Shown: positions 55,919 through 64,000 of the stretch, in pieces
Layout: each line of letters begins with the position of its first letter
Numbering within the stretch: the first letter of the stretch is position 1
Source of the DNA: Isosphaeraceae bacterium
GTDB lineage: Bacteria; Planctomycetota; Planctomycetia; Isosphaerales; Isosphaeraceae
Length of the DNA: 64,000 nucleotides
Assembly (NCBI GenBank): GCA_965201075.1
Contig: CBDAVP010000004.1
Location: forward strand, 62,001 to 126,000
Reading direction: 5' to 3'
Translations under genes and position numbers: made by a program
Notes under the pieces: generated by a model
What the model saw: the letters and a program-made list of their open reading frames with translations, nothing else
Told to the model about the DNA's origin: nothing
Databases searched by the model: none

Positions 55919-56671
55919 GTGACCACGTCCACCCCGACAAATTCCGGCCGTGGCCTCCGGCGAGGCTCGATTGTCGATGCCCTGCTGGAAGACATCTTCG
56001 GCGGCGTGTTGCGGGGCGGCGAGCATCTGGTGACCCAGGCGCTGGCCGAACGATTTGGGGTGAGCCATACTCCGGTGCGCGAGGCATTGATCGCGCTGGG
56101 GGGCATTGGCGTCGTTGATCTTTTGCCCAACCGTGGGGCGGTGGTACGCCGGGTGACGCCGGAAGACGTTCGGGCGATCAGCCGGGTCCGGCGGGTTCTG
56201 GAATGCGAGGCGGTGCGGGGCGCTTGCGGTCGGATGGACCGGGCGACGCTGGAGACGCTTCGGGCGGAACTGGGTGTGCTGGCGGCCTCGATCCCCACGG
56301 CCGAACTGGCCGAGGTGGCCCGCACCCTGGACACCCGGCTGCATGATGGGATTGCCGCGGCTTGCGGCAACGCTCTGCTGGCTTCGGAGTTGGGCCGATT
56401 GAAGTCACTGTTTCGGGGCCTGCGAGACGCTGCCTGGCGTCAGGTTGAGGCCCGAAACGATTATCGGCGGATGGGCGAGGAGGCCGCCGAACACCTCGCG
56501 ATCGTCGAGGCTCTGCTCGCCGGCCAGCGGAAAGCCGCCGCGAGTGCCATGGCTGACCATGTTCTGTCGAGTATCCGCTGTTGGAACCGGGCCCTGCCAC
56601 TTGCCGGCGGGTCACCCTCTCGACGCGAGACCCCCGCCCACCAAGACATTGTCGAGGGAGGAGCCCGATGA
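55919..56671 (+). CDS. GntR-family (FCD) transcriptional regulator
   Basis: LAERFGVSHTPVREAL..PNRGAVV; D..LH..I..ACGN; EHLAIVEAL. Confidence 0.92.
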   Translation: MTTSTPTNSGRGLRRGSIVDALLEDIFGGVLRGGEHLVTQALAERFGVSHTPVREALIALGGIGVVDLLPNRGAVVRRVTPEDVRAISRVRRVLECEAVRGACGRMDRATLETLRAELGVLAASIPTAELAEVARTLDTRLHDGIAAACGNALLASELGRLKSLFRGLRDAAWRQVEARNDYRRMGEEAAEHLAIVEALLAGQRKAAASAMADHVLSSIRCWNRALPLAGGSPSRRETPAHQDIVEGGAR

Positions 56672-59600
56672 CCTCGCTTAGCCTTAGCCCGTTTTCGCGC
56701 GATCCTGATCGCCGTGACGTCCTGCCGACCCTCGCCGGCATGATTCTGCTGCCGCTGGCCGCCCTGACGGCTTCGGCGGCCGATGCGCCCGCGTCGCCGA
56801 CCCCGGATATTCCTCAATATAACCGCGACGTTCGGCCGATCCTGGCCGAGAATTGCTTCCTCTGCCACGGTCCCGACAAGGGGACTCGCAAGGCGGAACT
56901 GCGCCTCGACAAGCGCGACGATGCCTTGGCCAAGGAGGCGTTCGTTCCGGGTGATGCCGACGCCAGCGAGTTGGTCGTCCGCATTCTGTCGCAGGATGCC
57001 GAGGAGGTGATGCCGCCGCCGGCCTCGGCCAAGAAGCTGACCGATGCGCAGAAGGACATTCTTCGACGGTGGGTGGCCGCCGGCGCTGAATATCAGCCTC
57101 ACTGGGCGTTCCTCGCCCCGAAGCGGCCGGAGACCCCGGCGGTGAAGGATGCGGCGTGGGCTCGCAACCCGGTCGATCAGTTCGTCCTGGCGAAGCTGGA
57201 AGCCCAGGGGCTGCACCCTCGCCCGGAGGCCGACCGCCGCACGCTGGCCCGTCGCGCTAGTTTGGATCTAACCGGGTTGCCGCCGTCGCCGGCCGAGGTT
57301 GAGGAGTTCGTCAACGACAAGGCTCCTGATGCCTATGAGCAGTACGTCGACCGGCTGATGCGGTCGCCCCGCTGGGGAGAGCACCGCGGCCGTTACTGGC
57401 TCGATGCGGCCAGGTATGCCGACACCCACGGCATCCACATGGACAACCTCCGGCAGATGTGGTCGTACCGGGATAACGTCATCGCCGCGTTCAACCGCAA
57501 CCAGCCGTTTGACCAGTTCACCGTCGAGCAATTGGCTGGCGACCTGCTGCCCAATCGGACGCTAGACCAGCAGGTGGCTTCGGGGTTCAACCGCTGCAAC
57601 ATTACCACCAGCGAGGGGGGGGCGATCGACGCCGAGTACCTGGTGCTGTACGCCCGGGACCGAACCGAGACGACCGCCCAGGTCTGGCTGGGGTTGACCG
57701 CCGGTTGCGCGGTTTGCCACGACCACAAGTATGATCCGCTGAGCCAGAAGGAGTTTTACGAACTTTCGGCGTTCTTCAATAACACGACGCAGGCGGCGAT
57801 GGACGGGAACATCGCCTCGACCCCGCCGACGGTGTTCGTGCCCGAGGCGTCGGACCGCGATCGCTGGGTGGCGCTGGTGCCCGAGGTCGTGGCGGCCCGC
57901 CAGAAACTGGACGCCCGCAAGGCCGCGGCCCGTCCGGAGTTCGACAAGTGGCTGGCTGCCGCCACGGCCGCTCCCGAGACCCTGGCGGGGTTCGTCCCCA
58001 CGGCGGATTTAAAGCTCCGAGCGCGGCTGGACCCGGCCGATTCCGGAGTGATTCACCGAGAGCCGGGTAGCCCGATGGAGGATTTCACGGCCGGGGATTT
58101 CGAGAAGGATCAGCCATTCTCGGTCGCCGCTTGGGTCAAGGTGCCCGCCGGGGCCAATGGGGCGATTTTGGCCCGCATGGCGCCGGGAAACTCGCCGGCG
58201 GGTTCGTTCCGGGGCTGGGACTTTCTGCTGCAAGGCGGGAAGCTCGGTTCGCACCTCATCAGCACGTGGCCGGGCGACGCGTTGAAGGCCACCGCCGACG
58301 CCGGCCCGACCCCTGGTCAGTGGTCTCATGTGATAATGACCTATGACGGCTCGGGCAAGGCGACGGGGTTGAACTTCTATGTCGATGGCGTGAGACGCTC
58401 GGCCACCGTCGAGGTGGATGCCTTGAAGGGTTCGGTCCGCTCGCCAGTTCCGCTGAAGGCGGGGCGTCGCGATGCCGACACGATCTTGGCCGATGGCGCC
58501 ATCCACGACGCGAGGATTTATGCTCGGGCGCTGCCGGCTCCGGAGGTGATGGCCCTAGTTGGTGGGAGCCGGGCGGTGCATCTCGCCTCGGTACCGGCGG
58601 AGAAGCGCGACGCGGCCGAGGTCAACGCGACCTTTGATTGGTATCTGGGGGCCTTCGACAAGCCGGCCCAGGAGTTAAGTGCCGCACTGGCCGTGCTGGA
58701 GCAGGAGCAGGGCGCCCTGACGGCCCGGGGCACGACGACCCACGTCATGCAGGAGCGTCCCGAGTCGGCGATGGCCGCGGTGCTGATGCGGGGCGATTAC
58801 GACAAGCCCAAGGACAAGGTGACGCCCGGCACACCGGCGGTTTTGCCAGCGATGGTACCGGACCTGCCCCGCAACCGGTTGGGACTGGCTCAGTGGCTGC
58901 TTCGCCCCGAGCAGCCGTTGATGGCCCGGGTGACGGTGAATCGGTTCTGGCAGGAATTGTTTGGTTCGGGGCTGGTTAAGTCGACCGGCGATTTTGGGAT
59001 CACCGGCGACCTCCCCTCGCACCCCCAGTTACTCGACTGGTTGGCGGTGGAGTTCCGCGAGGGAGGCTGGGACGTCAAGGCGTTTTACAAGCTGCTGGTG
59101 ACCTCGGCGACTTATCGGCAGTCGGCCGCGGCCACGGCCGAGGACGCCGAGAAAGATCCGGGGAACCGCCTTTTGGCCCACGGCCCAAGGTTCCGCATGG
59201 ACGCCGAAATGGTGCGTGACTCGGCCCTTTATGCCGGCGGGTTGCTGGTGGAGAAGCTGGGCGGACCGAGTGTTTATCCGTACCAGCCGGCAGGGGTCTG
59301 GGAAGCGGTGGCGATGCCCGAGAGCAACTCCAAGAAGTACATGCAGGACACCGGGGAGAAACTCTACCGTCGCAGCATGTACACGATCTGGAAGCGCTCG
59401 GCGCCGCCGGCCTCGATGGACGTGTTCAACGCTCCGAGCCGCGAGGTTTGCACGGTTCGTCGAGAGCGGACCAATACCCCGCTGCAAGCCTTGGTGACGC
59501 TGAACGACCCGCAGTTCGTCGAGGCGGCGCGGCATCTGGCGCAGTTGGCCTTACACGCCGAGGGGATCTCGGCCGACGAGGTGCCGGGGCTGGATCTCAT

Positions 59601-59826
59601 TGCCCGTCGGCTGCTGTCTCGCCCCTTCCGCCCGGAGGAGGTGGCGATTGTTCATGAATCGCTGTCCGCCCTGTTGGCCCATTATCGGGCCCACGGGGAC
59701 GAGGCGGCGCAGTTGCTGACCGTCGGCGATTCGAAGGCCGACGCGACCCTGGATGCCCCGACCCTGGCCGCGTGGACGATGCTGGCCAACGAGTTGATGA
59801 ACCTTGATGAGAACCTGAACAAGTGA
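56668..59826 (+). CDS. Planctomycete cytochrome c / DUF1549 / LamG-like / DUF1553 protein
   Basis: YNRDVRPILAENCFLCHGPD, HWAF, WLDAARYADT, CAVCHDHKYDP, LamG-like insert, RVTVNRFW, TNTPLQAL. Confidence 0.92.
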   Translation: MTSLSLSPFSRDPDRRDVLPTLAGMILLPLAALTASAADAPASPTPDIPQYNRDVRPILAENCFLCHGPDKGTRKAELRLDKRDDALAKEAFVPGDADASELVVRILSQDAEEVMPPPASAKKLTDAQKDILRRWVAAGAEYQPHWAFLAPKRPETPAVKDAAWARNPVDQFVLAKLEAQGLHPRPEADRRTLARRASLDLTGLPPSPAEVEEFVNDKAPDAYEQYVDRLMRSPRWGEHRGRYWLDAARYADTHGIHMDNLRQMWSYRDNVIAAFNRNQPFDQFTVEQLAGDLLPNRTLDQQVASGFNRCNITTSEGGAIDAEYLVLYARDRTETTAQVWLGLTAGCAVCHDHKYDPLSQKEFYELSAFFNNTTQAAMDGNIASTPPTVFVPEASDRDRWVALVPEVVAARQKLDARKAAARPEFDKWLAAATAAPETLAGFVPTADLKLRARLDPADSGVIHREPGSPMEDFTAGDFEKDQPFSVAAWVKVPAGANGAILARMAPGNSPAGSFRGWDFLLQGGKLGSHLISTWPGDALKATADAGPTPGQWSHVIMTYDGSGKATGLNFYVDGVRRSATVEVDALKGSVRSPVPLKAGRRDADTILADGAIHDARIYARALPAPEVMALVGGSRAVHLASVPAEKRDAAEVNATFDWYLGAFDKPAQELSAALAVLEQEQGALTARGTTTHVMQERPESAMAAVLMRGDYDKPKDKVTPGTPAVLPAMVPDLPRNRLGLAQWLLRPEQPLMARVTVNRFWQELFGSGLVKSTGDFGITGDLPSHPQLLDWLAVEFREGGWDVKAFYKLLVTSATYRQSAAATAEDAEKDPGNRLLAHGPRFRMDAEMVRDSALYAGGLLVEKLGGPSVYPYQPAGVWEAVAMPESNSKKYMQDTGEKLYRRSMYTIWKRSAPPASMDVFNAPSREVCTVRRERTNTPLQALVTLNDPQFVEAARHLAQLALHAEGISADEVPGLDLIARRLLSRPFRPEEVAIVHESLSALLAHYRAHGDEAAQLLTVGDSKADATLDAPTLAAWTMLANELMNLDENLNK

Positions 59827-59827
59827 C

Positions 59828-60175
59828 GTGGAGAACGAATCTCGCCCACTAGGAGGTTCCGCCGCGCCGACCGACGCGGTTCATCTCTCCCGGATCCAGT
59901 CCCCCGGGAGGTATGACGCGACGGTCGGCTCCGAAGCGGACGCCCGCCGACTCCTGGCTCAGGCCCTTCCACGTGCGGCGGAACTTCCCGAGGGCCACCC
60001 CGGACAACCTTATCCGAGTACTGCCCCTGGAATTCGGTGTTGGTATCAAAGGCATCCCGCGGAGCCGAATATCGGCAACCCACTCCCTCACCTCAAATAC
60101 GCGGGTTGGACGAAGGAAAAGAAAGGGACCGGGGGGAGTTGGGGGCATCTCTTTTTTCCGTTTGAGTCGGACTGA
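59828..60175 (+). CDS. Small His-motif protein, putative toxin-like domain
   Basis: WYQRHPAEPNIGNPLPHLKY..W..KGTGGSWGHLFF; starts 1 nt after upstream stop. Confidence 0.5.
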   Translation: MENESRPLGGSAAPTDAVHLSRIQSPGRYDATVGSEADARRLLAQALPRAAELPEGHPGQPYPSTAPGIRCWYQRHPAEPNIGNPLPHLKYAGWTKEKKGTGGSWGHLFFPFESD

Positions 60176-60192
60176 GTCGAGGAGGGGCAAAG

Positions 60193-60489
60193 ATGTCGTT
60201 CATGCTGGAAGTGTTCTACAGATCGCCGTCCGATGCCTCCCGTGAGTCCGCGATTACCGAGCGGGTCCAGACCTTTGCTGGGCAACCGTCGTATCGGGAA
60301 GACGCGGAGCCTGGCCGGTCGATCTGTCTGACCTATGAGTTCCCGAGTTGGGAAGCGGCGCAACGGGCTGCTTCGGATTTGCAGCGTCAAGGGGAACATG
60401 TCGAGGGGCCCGTGGATTACGGAACCTCCGAGGCCGCCCCAATCGTCCAGTCGACCCCATCCGCACATTCCCTGGAGGGCACGCGATGA
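60193..60489 (+). CDS. Small acidic protein, putative immunity/antitoxin
   Basis: GAGGAGG RBS; MLEVFY..ICLTYEF..GEHVEGPVDY; stop overlaps DUF1501 start. Confidence 0.6.
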   Translation: MSFMLEVFYRSPSDASRESAITERVQTFAGQPSYREDAEPGRSICLTYEFPSWEAAQRAASDLQRQGEHVEGPVDYGTSEAAPIVQSTPSAHSLEGTR

Positions 60490-61973
60490 ACCCCCTCGAA
60501 GAATATCTCCGCAATGAGTCCCGCCGCCAGTTCCTGGGCCGGGGGGTCAATGCCGTGGGTTGGGCCGCTTTGGCGTCCTTGATGGGCAATGGTGGCCGAT
60601 CGGGCTTCGCGGCCGATGCCACGACTGGCGCCGCGGGCGTGACTCCGGCGAGCAGCTTGCCGGGGCTAGCTCACTTCGCTCCCAAGGCCAAGCATGTTAT
60701 CTATCTGCATATGGTGGGTGGTCCTTCGCAGATGGACCTCTACGACTACAAGCCGACGATGGCCGACTGGTATGACAAGGATTTGCCCGAGTCCATCCGC
60801 AATGGTCAGCGACTCACCACGATGACTTCGGGCCAGTCGCGATTTCCCATCGCCCCTTCCAAATACAAGTTCGCCCAGTATGGTCAGTCGGGCATGTGGG
60901 TCAGCGAGTTGCTGCCCGAGACGGCCAAGGTTGTCGATGAGATGTGCTTCATACGGAGCATGCACACCGACGCGATCAATCATGAGCCGGCCATCACCAT
61001 GATGCAAACCGGTAACATGAACACCGGTCGGCCTTGCTTTGGCGCATGGGTCTCGTATGGGCTAGGTTCGGCCAACGAGAACCTGCCGACGTTCGTGGTG
61101 TTGGTGGCCAAGCCGACGAATAACGACCAGATCCAGGCGATCTCGGCGCGATTGTGGTCGTCGGGGTATCTGCCGGGGGAGCATGCGGGGGTTTCGTTCC
61201 GTAGCGGCCCCGACCCGATCCTTTATATCAACAACCCAGCGGGAGTGCCCGCCGACGTGCGGCGCAAGACCCTGGATGGTTTGCGGGCCCTTAACGAGAT
61301 GACCGCCAAGTCGGTGGGCGACCCCGAGACGTTGACCCGCATCGAGCAGTACGAGCTAGCCTTCCGGATGCAGTCGAGCGTCCCCGAGTTGAATGATCTG
61401 AGCAAGGAGCCGGCCAGCACCGAGGCCCTTTACGGCGATTCGATCAAGAAGCCCGGGTCGTTCGGTCACTCGGTGTTGATGGCCCGGCGGATGGTCGAAC
61501 GGGGCGTGCGGTTCGTCCAGATTTACCTGAACAACTGGGACCACCACGGCAACCTGCCTGGGCGCATGTCGTTCCAGTGCAAGGATATCGACCAGCCGTG
61601 CGCGGGCTTGCTGAAGGATTTGAAGTCGCGGGGTTTGCTGGATGAGACCCTGGTGATCTGGGGCGGTGAGTTCGGCCGGACGATTTATTCGCAGGGGGGT
61701 CTGTCTCACGAGACGTATGGTCGTGATCACCATCCCCGTTGCTTCACGATGTGGATGGCCGGCGGCGGGGCCAAGCCGGGGGCGATCCACGGCGAGACCG
61801 ACGAGTTCTCGTACAACATCACCAAGGACCCGGTGCAGATCCGCGACTTCCATGCGACGGTGTTGCACCTGCTGGGGTTCGACCACAAGCGGTTCACTTA
61901 TCGCTACCAGGGGCTGGACCAGCGGCTCACGAGCACCGAGCCGGCGGCGGTGGTCAAGGCTCTTCTGGCGTGA
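60486..61973 (+). CDS. DUF1501 domain protein (Tat signal)
   Basis: SRRQFLG twin-arginine, AKHVIYLHMVGGPSQMDLYDYKP, RGVRFVQI..WDHH, WGGEFGRT, GRDHHP. Confidence 0.93.
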   Translation: MNPLEEYLRNESRRQFLGRGVNAVGWAALASLMGNGGRSGFAADATTGAAGVTPASSLPGLAHFAPKAKHVIYLHMVGGPSQMDLYDYKPTMADWYDKDLPESIRNGQRLTTMTSGQSRFPIAPSKYKFAQYGQSGMWVSELLPETAKVVDEMCFIRSMHTDAINHEPAITMMQTGNMNTGRPCFGAWVSYGLGSANENLPTFVVLVAKPTNNDQIQAISARLWSSGYLPGEHAGVSFRSGPDPILYINNPAGVPADVRRKTLDGLRALNEMTAKSVGDPETLTRIEQYELAFRMQSSVPELNDLSKEPASTEALYGDSIKKPGSFGHSVLMARRMVERGVRFVQIYLNNWDHHGNLPGRMSFQCKDIDQPCAGLLKDLKSRGLLDETLVIWGGEFGRTIYSQGGLSHETYGRDHHPRCFTMWMAGGGAKPGAIHGETDEFSYNITKDPVQIRDFHATVLHLLGFDHKRFTYRYQGLDQRLTSTEPAAVVKALLA

Positions 61974-62068
61974 ATTGGACTTTGGCCCGGTCCCGCGGAA
62001 ATGCCGCCGCGGGGTCGGGTGGGGGCGAGGGTGATTGCCGGTTCGGGCCGCTTCCGGCTTCGGATGGT

Positions 62069-62638
62069 GTGCGAGGGCCGAAATCAAAGGTCTCCTGGTG
62101 GGAACCCCGGTGGTCGTACTGGCCGGGCCTCATTCGCGAGTTGGGACATTTGCTTCGACCCTCATCAATGGCCAAGGTTCTCTTCGTGAGCCTTTTGCTG
62201 ACCGGCCTCCTGTGCATCGTCCTCCGAGCCGCGTTCCCCTTGCTTGCCTTGGGCCCCCTGCTCTGGCAGTTCCCGATCGCCAGCCTCGGCTTGTATGCGT
62301 TTGTTCTGGTCTGGGTTCCCTTTACTTCGCTCCTTCCCCCGCAGATCCACGTCACTCGCCACGGGATCATGTGCCAGGCCACTCTTGCGAAGCGGGCTGA
62401 TCTGTCCGACCTGAAGCTCGTCCGGTATGCCCCGGACATGGCGCGATTGCGCGTCCGCCACGGTGGGCGGAGGCGTTCGTATGGGATCGGCAAGCCCGTG
62501 GATGTCGTGGCGATCGGCCGGCTGCTGGGCTTGCCGGTGGCGACGGTCGATGCCAGCACTCGGTTTGCCCGGTTTCGGGCCGTCCACGAGACGCGTCGGC
62601 GACGGGACCAAGGCGAGTGGGACACTCCGGGTCGTTGA
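62069..62638 (+). CDS. Hypothetical membrane protein (start uncertain)
   Basis: Two hydrophobic segments followed by a soluble beta-rich C-terminus. Confidence 0.55.
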   Translation: MRGPKSKVSWWEPRWSYWPGLIRELGHLLRPSSMAKVLFVSLLLTGLLCIVLRAAFPLLALGPLLWQFPIASLGLYAFVLVWVPFTSLLPPQIHVTRHGIMCQATLAKRADLSDLKLVRYAPDMARLRVRHGGRRRSYGIGKPVDVVAIGRLLGLPVATVDASTRFARFRAVHETRRRRDQGEWDTPGR

Positions 62639-62656
62639 GTGTGATGAGGGGAGATC

Positions 62657-62694
62657 GTAGGGTGAGTCGGTGACTTGATCGTGCCGACGCGCCC
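62657..62694 (+). repeat. GTAG-type REP-like hairpin
   Basis: GTAG followed by stem gggtgagtcgg / ccgacgcgccc (one mismatch, one G-U) in an intergenic position. Confidence 0.5.
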
Positions 62695-62752
62695 CTTTAG
62701 GATTTCGAAACTGTCCTGTGTTCGCCGCCCACAGGTGCGGGGTCTCTGCTTT

Positions 62753-64000
62753 ATGAGTGCCGATCTCTTCAAGGGCCGTCCCCACCTGGGGCTCTTTGTC
62801 GGCATGCTCGCCTGGACGGGTCTGCTTCCGGGTGCCGCCCTCGCCGCGGGCCCGCATCCGGTGGTCGCCGGGTTCGAGCGGTTCGGCGATGACCCGAGGC
62901 TGGGTCCGTCCCTGGGCGGCACGGTTCTCCTGGGGGAACTGGGTTGCACCGCGTGTCACCGGGCGGAGGGGACGGCAGCGGCCTGGGTGGATCGCAAGGT
63001 GGCTCCGGTGCTGGAACAGGTGGGGTCTCGGGTCCGGCCGGGATACTTGCGGACGTTCCTGGCCGATCCTCATGGGGTCAAGCCGGGTACGACGATGCCG
63101 GATGTCCTGGGCCATTTGCCCGAGGAGGATCGTCGCGATGCCGCCGTTGCGCTCGGCGCCTGGCTGGAGACGACCGGCCAGGTGGTGGACCGTCATCCAA
63201 GTCCCAAGGCGGTCCAGGCCGGACGGGTTCTTTATCGGCAGGTCGGGTGTGTCGCCTGCCACGGCCCGTTGGACCCCGACGCCGATCGGCCGGTCGGTTC
63301 GGTGCCCCTGGGAGAGCTTGGGGCGAAATATACGGTCCCAGGGCTCGGAGCGTTCCTGTTCGAGCCTCATCAGGCTCGGCCCTCGGGGCGGATGCCGGGG
63401 TTGCGGTTGACCCGCGATGCGGCGACGGCGGTGGCCTCGGCGCTGCTGGCGGGCCAAGTCGCCCGGACCCAGCCCAACCTGGCCTATACGTATTATGAGG
63501 GGAAGTGGGACCACCTTCCCGACTTCGACGCCCTGACGCCCGTGGCCAGCGGCCAGTGCCTGGACCTCGACCCGGGCGTCACCCGCCGCCACGATGAATT
63601 CGCCCTGCGGTTCCGGGGGACGATCCGGGTTGACCGCGAGGGGGACTACACGTTTCACCTCCGGTCCGACGATGGCGGCCGGCTTCGGGTCGATGACGCC
63701 GAGGTTGTGAACAACGACGGCATCCACCCGCCGACCGAAGCGCACGGTCAGGTTCACCTTGCCGCGGGCCGGCATCTCCTGAGCGTCGAGTTTCTGCAGG
63801 GGACCGGTGACTACGAGTTGGAAGGTTCCTGGGAAGGACCCGGCCTGCCTCGCCAGGAGCTTTCTCCCGAACCCCTCGACGGTGGCGGAACCGTGGCGCC
63901 GACGGTTCCTCCCCCGCCCGATCCGGCGATTGTGGCTCGCGGGCGCGACCTGTTCGCCACCCTTGGTTGCGCCTCCTGCCACGCCTTCCGCGAGGGGGAG
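62753..64000 (+). CDS. Multiheme cytochrome c with PA14 domain (3' end outside window)
   Basis: Own translation: signal peptide, CTACH, KPGTTMP, CVACH, YYEGKW..YTFHLRSDDG..NDGIH (PA14), CASCH. Confidence 0.88.
   Translation, partial: MSADLFKGRPHLGLFVGMLAWTGLLPGAALAAGPHPVVAGFERFGDDPRLGPSLGGTVLLGELGCTACHRAEGTAAAWVDRKVAPVLEQVGSRVRPGYLRTFLADPHGVKPGTTMPDVLGHLPEEDRRDAAVALGAWLETTGQVVDRHPSPKAVQAGRVLYRQVGCVACHGPLDPDADRPVGSVPLGELGAKYTVPGLGAFLFEPHQARPSGRMPGLRLTRDAATAVASALLAGQVARTQPNLAYTYYEGKWDHLPDFDALTPVASGQCLDLDPGVTRRHDEFALRFRGTIRVDREGDYTFHLRSDDGGRLRVDDAEVVNNDGIHPPTEAHGQVHLAAGRHLLSVEFLQGTGDYELEGSWEGPGLPRQELSPEPLDGGGTVAPTVPPPPDPAIVARGRDLFATLGCASCHAFREGE

Overview
GC-rich chromosomal window whose gene content (DUF1549/DUF1553 cytochrome protein, DUF1501, DUF1559-like/H-X9-DG domain, Uma2, PEP-CTERM, three Ser/Thr kinases) points to a planctomycete, probably Isosphaeraceae-like (inference). 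Most of it is ordinary housekeeping and signalling: ECF sigma, thiE, tRNase Z-like MBL, PfkB, rluB, pyrK, lipB-lipA, leuCD, lhr, PP2C-kinase, GntR, and three CCA-less tRNAs (Phe-GAA, Ile-GAT, Gln-TTG). The most interesting signal is at 11.1-12.6 kb. A REP-associated HUH (RAYT-like) tyrosine transposase is surrounded by five copies of an AAAAGTAGAATGACC(CCTT) motif. Between two facing 21-bp copies lies a low-GC cargo that starts mid-gene (a 24-codon putative toxin tail) followed by an intact putative immunity gene. Related TGACCCCT motifs recur as a REPIN-like doublet (44.2-44.3 kb) and as a 54-bp duplication fused to an IS1-like end (54.4 kb), where the junction again falls just after TGACCCCTT. 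Together these suggest a RAYT-driven capture or duplication system for defence genes. Other accessory features: (i) a kinase-NTPase-FGE gene followed by a small peptide and three glycosyltransferases, two of which share an unrecognised Cys-rich N-terminal module; (ii) a toxin/immunity-like pair inserted between DUF1553 and DUF1501; (iii) a spacer-less 46-bp perfect palindrome before a HigBA-like TA operon; (iv) a kinase carrying eight T-x-x-D motifs. Family assignments come from motif recognition only; no database searches were run.
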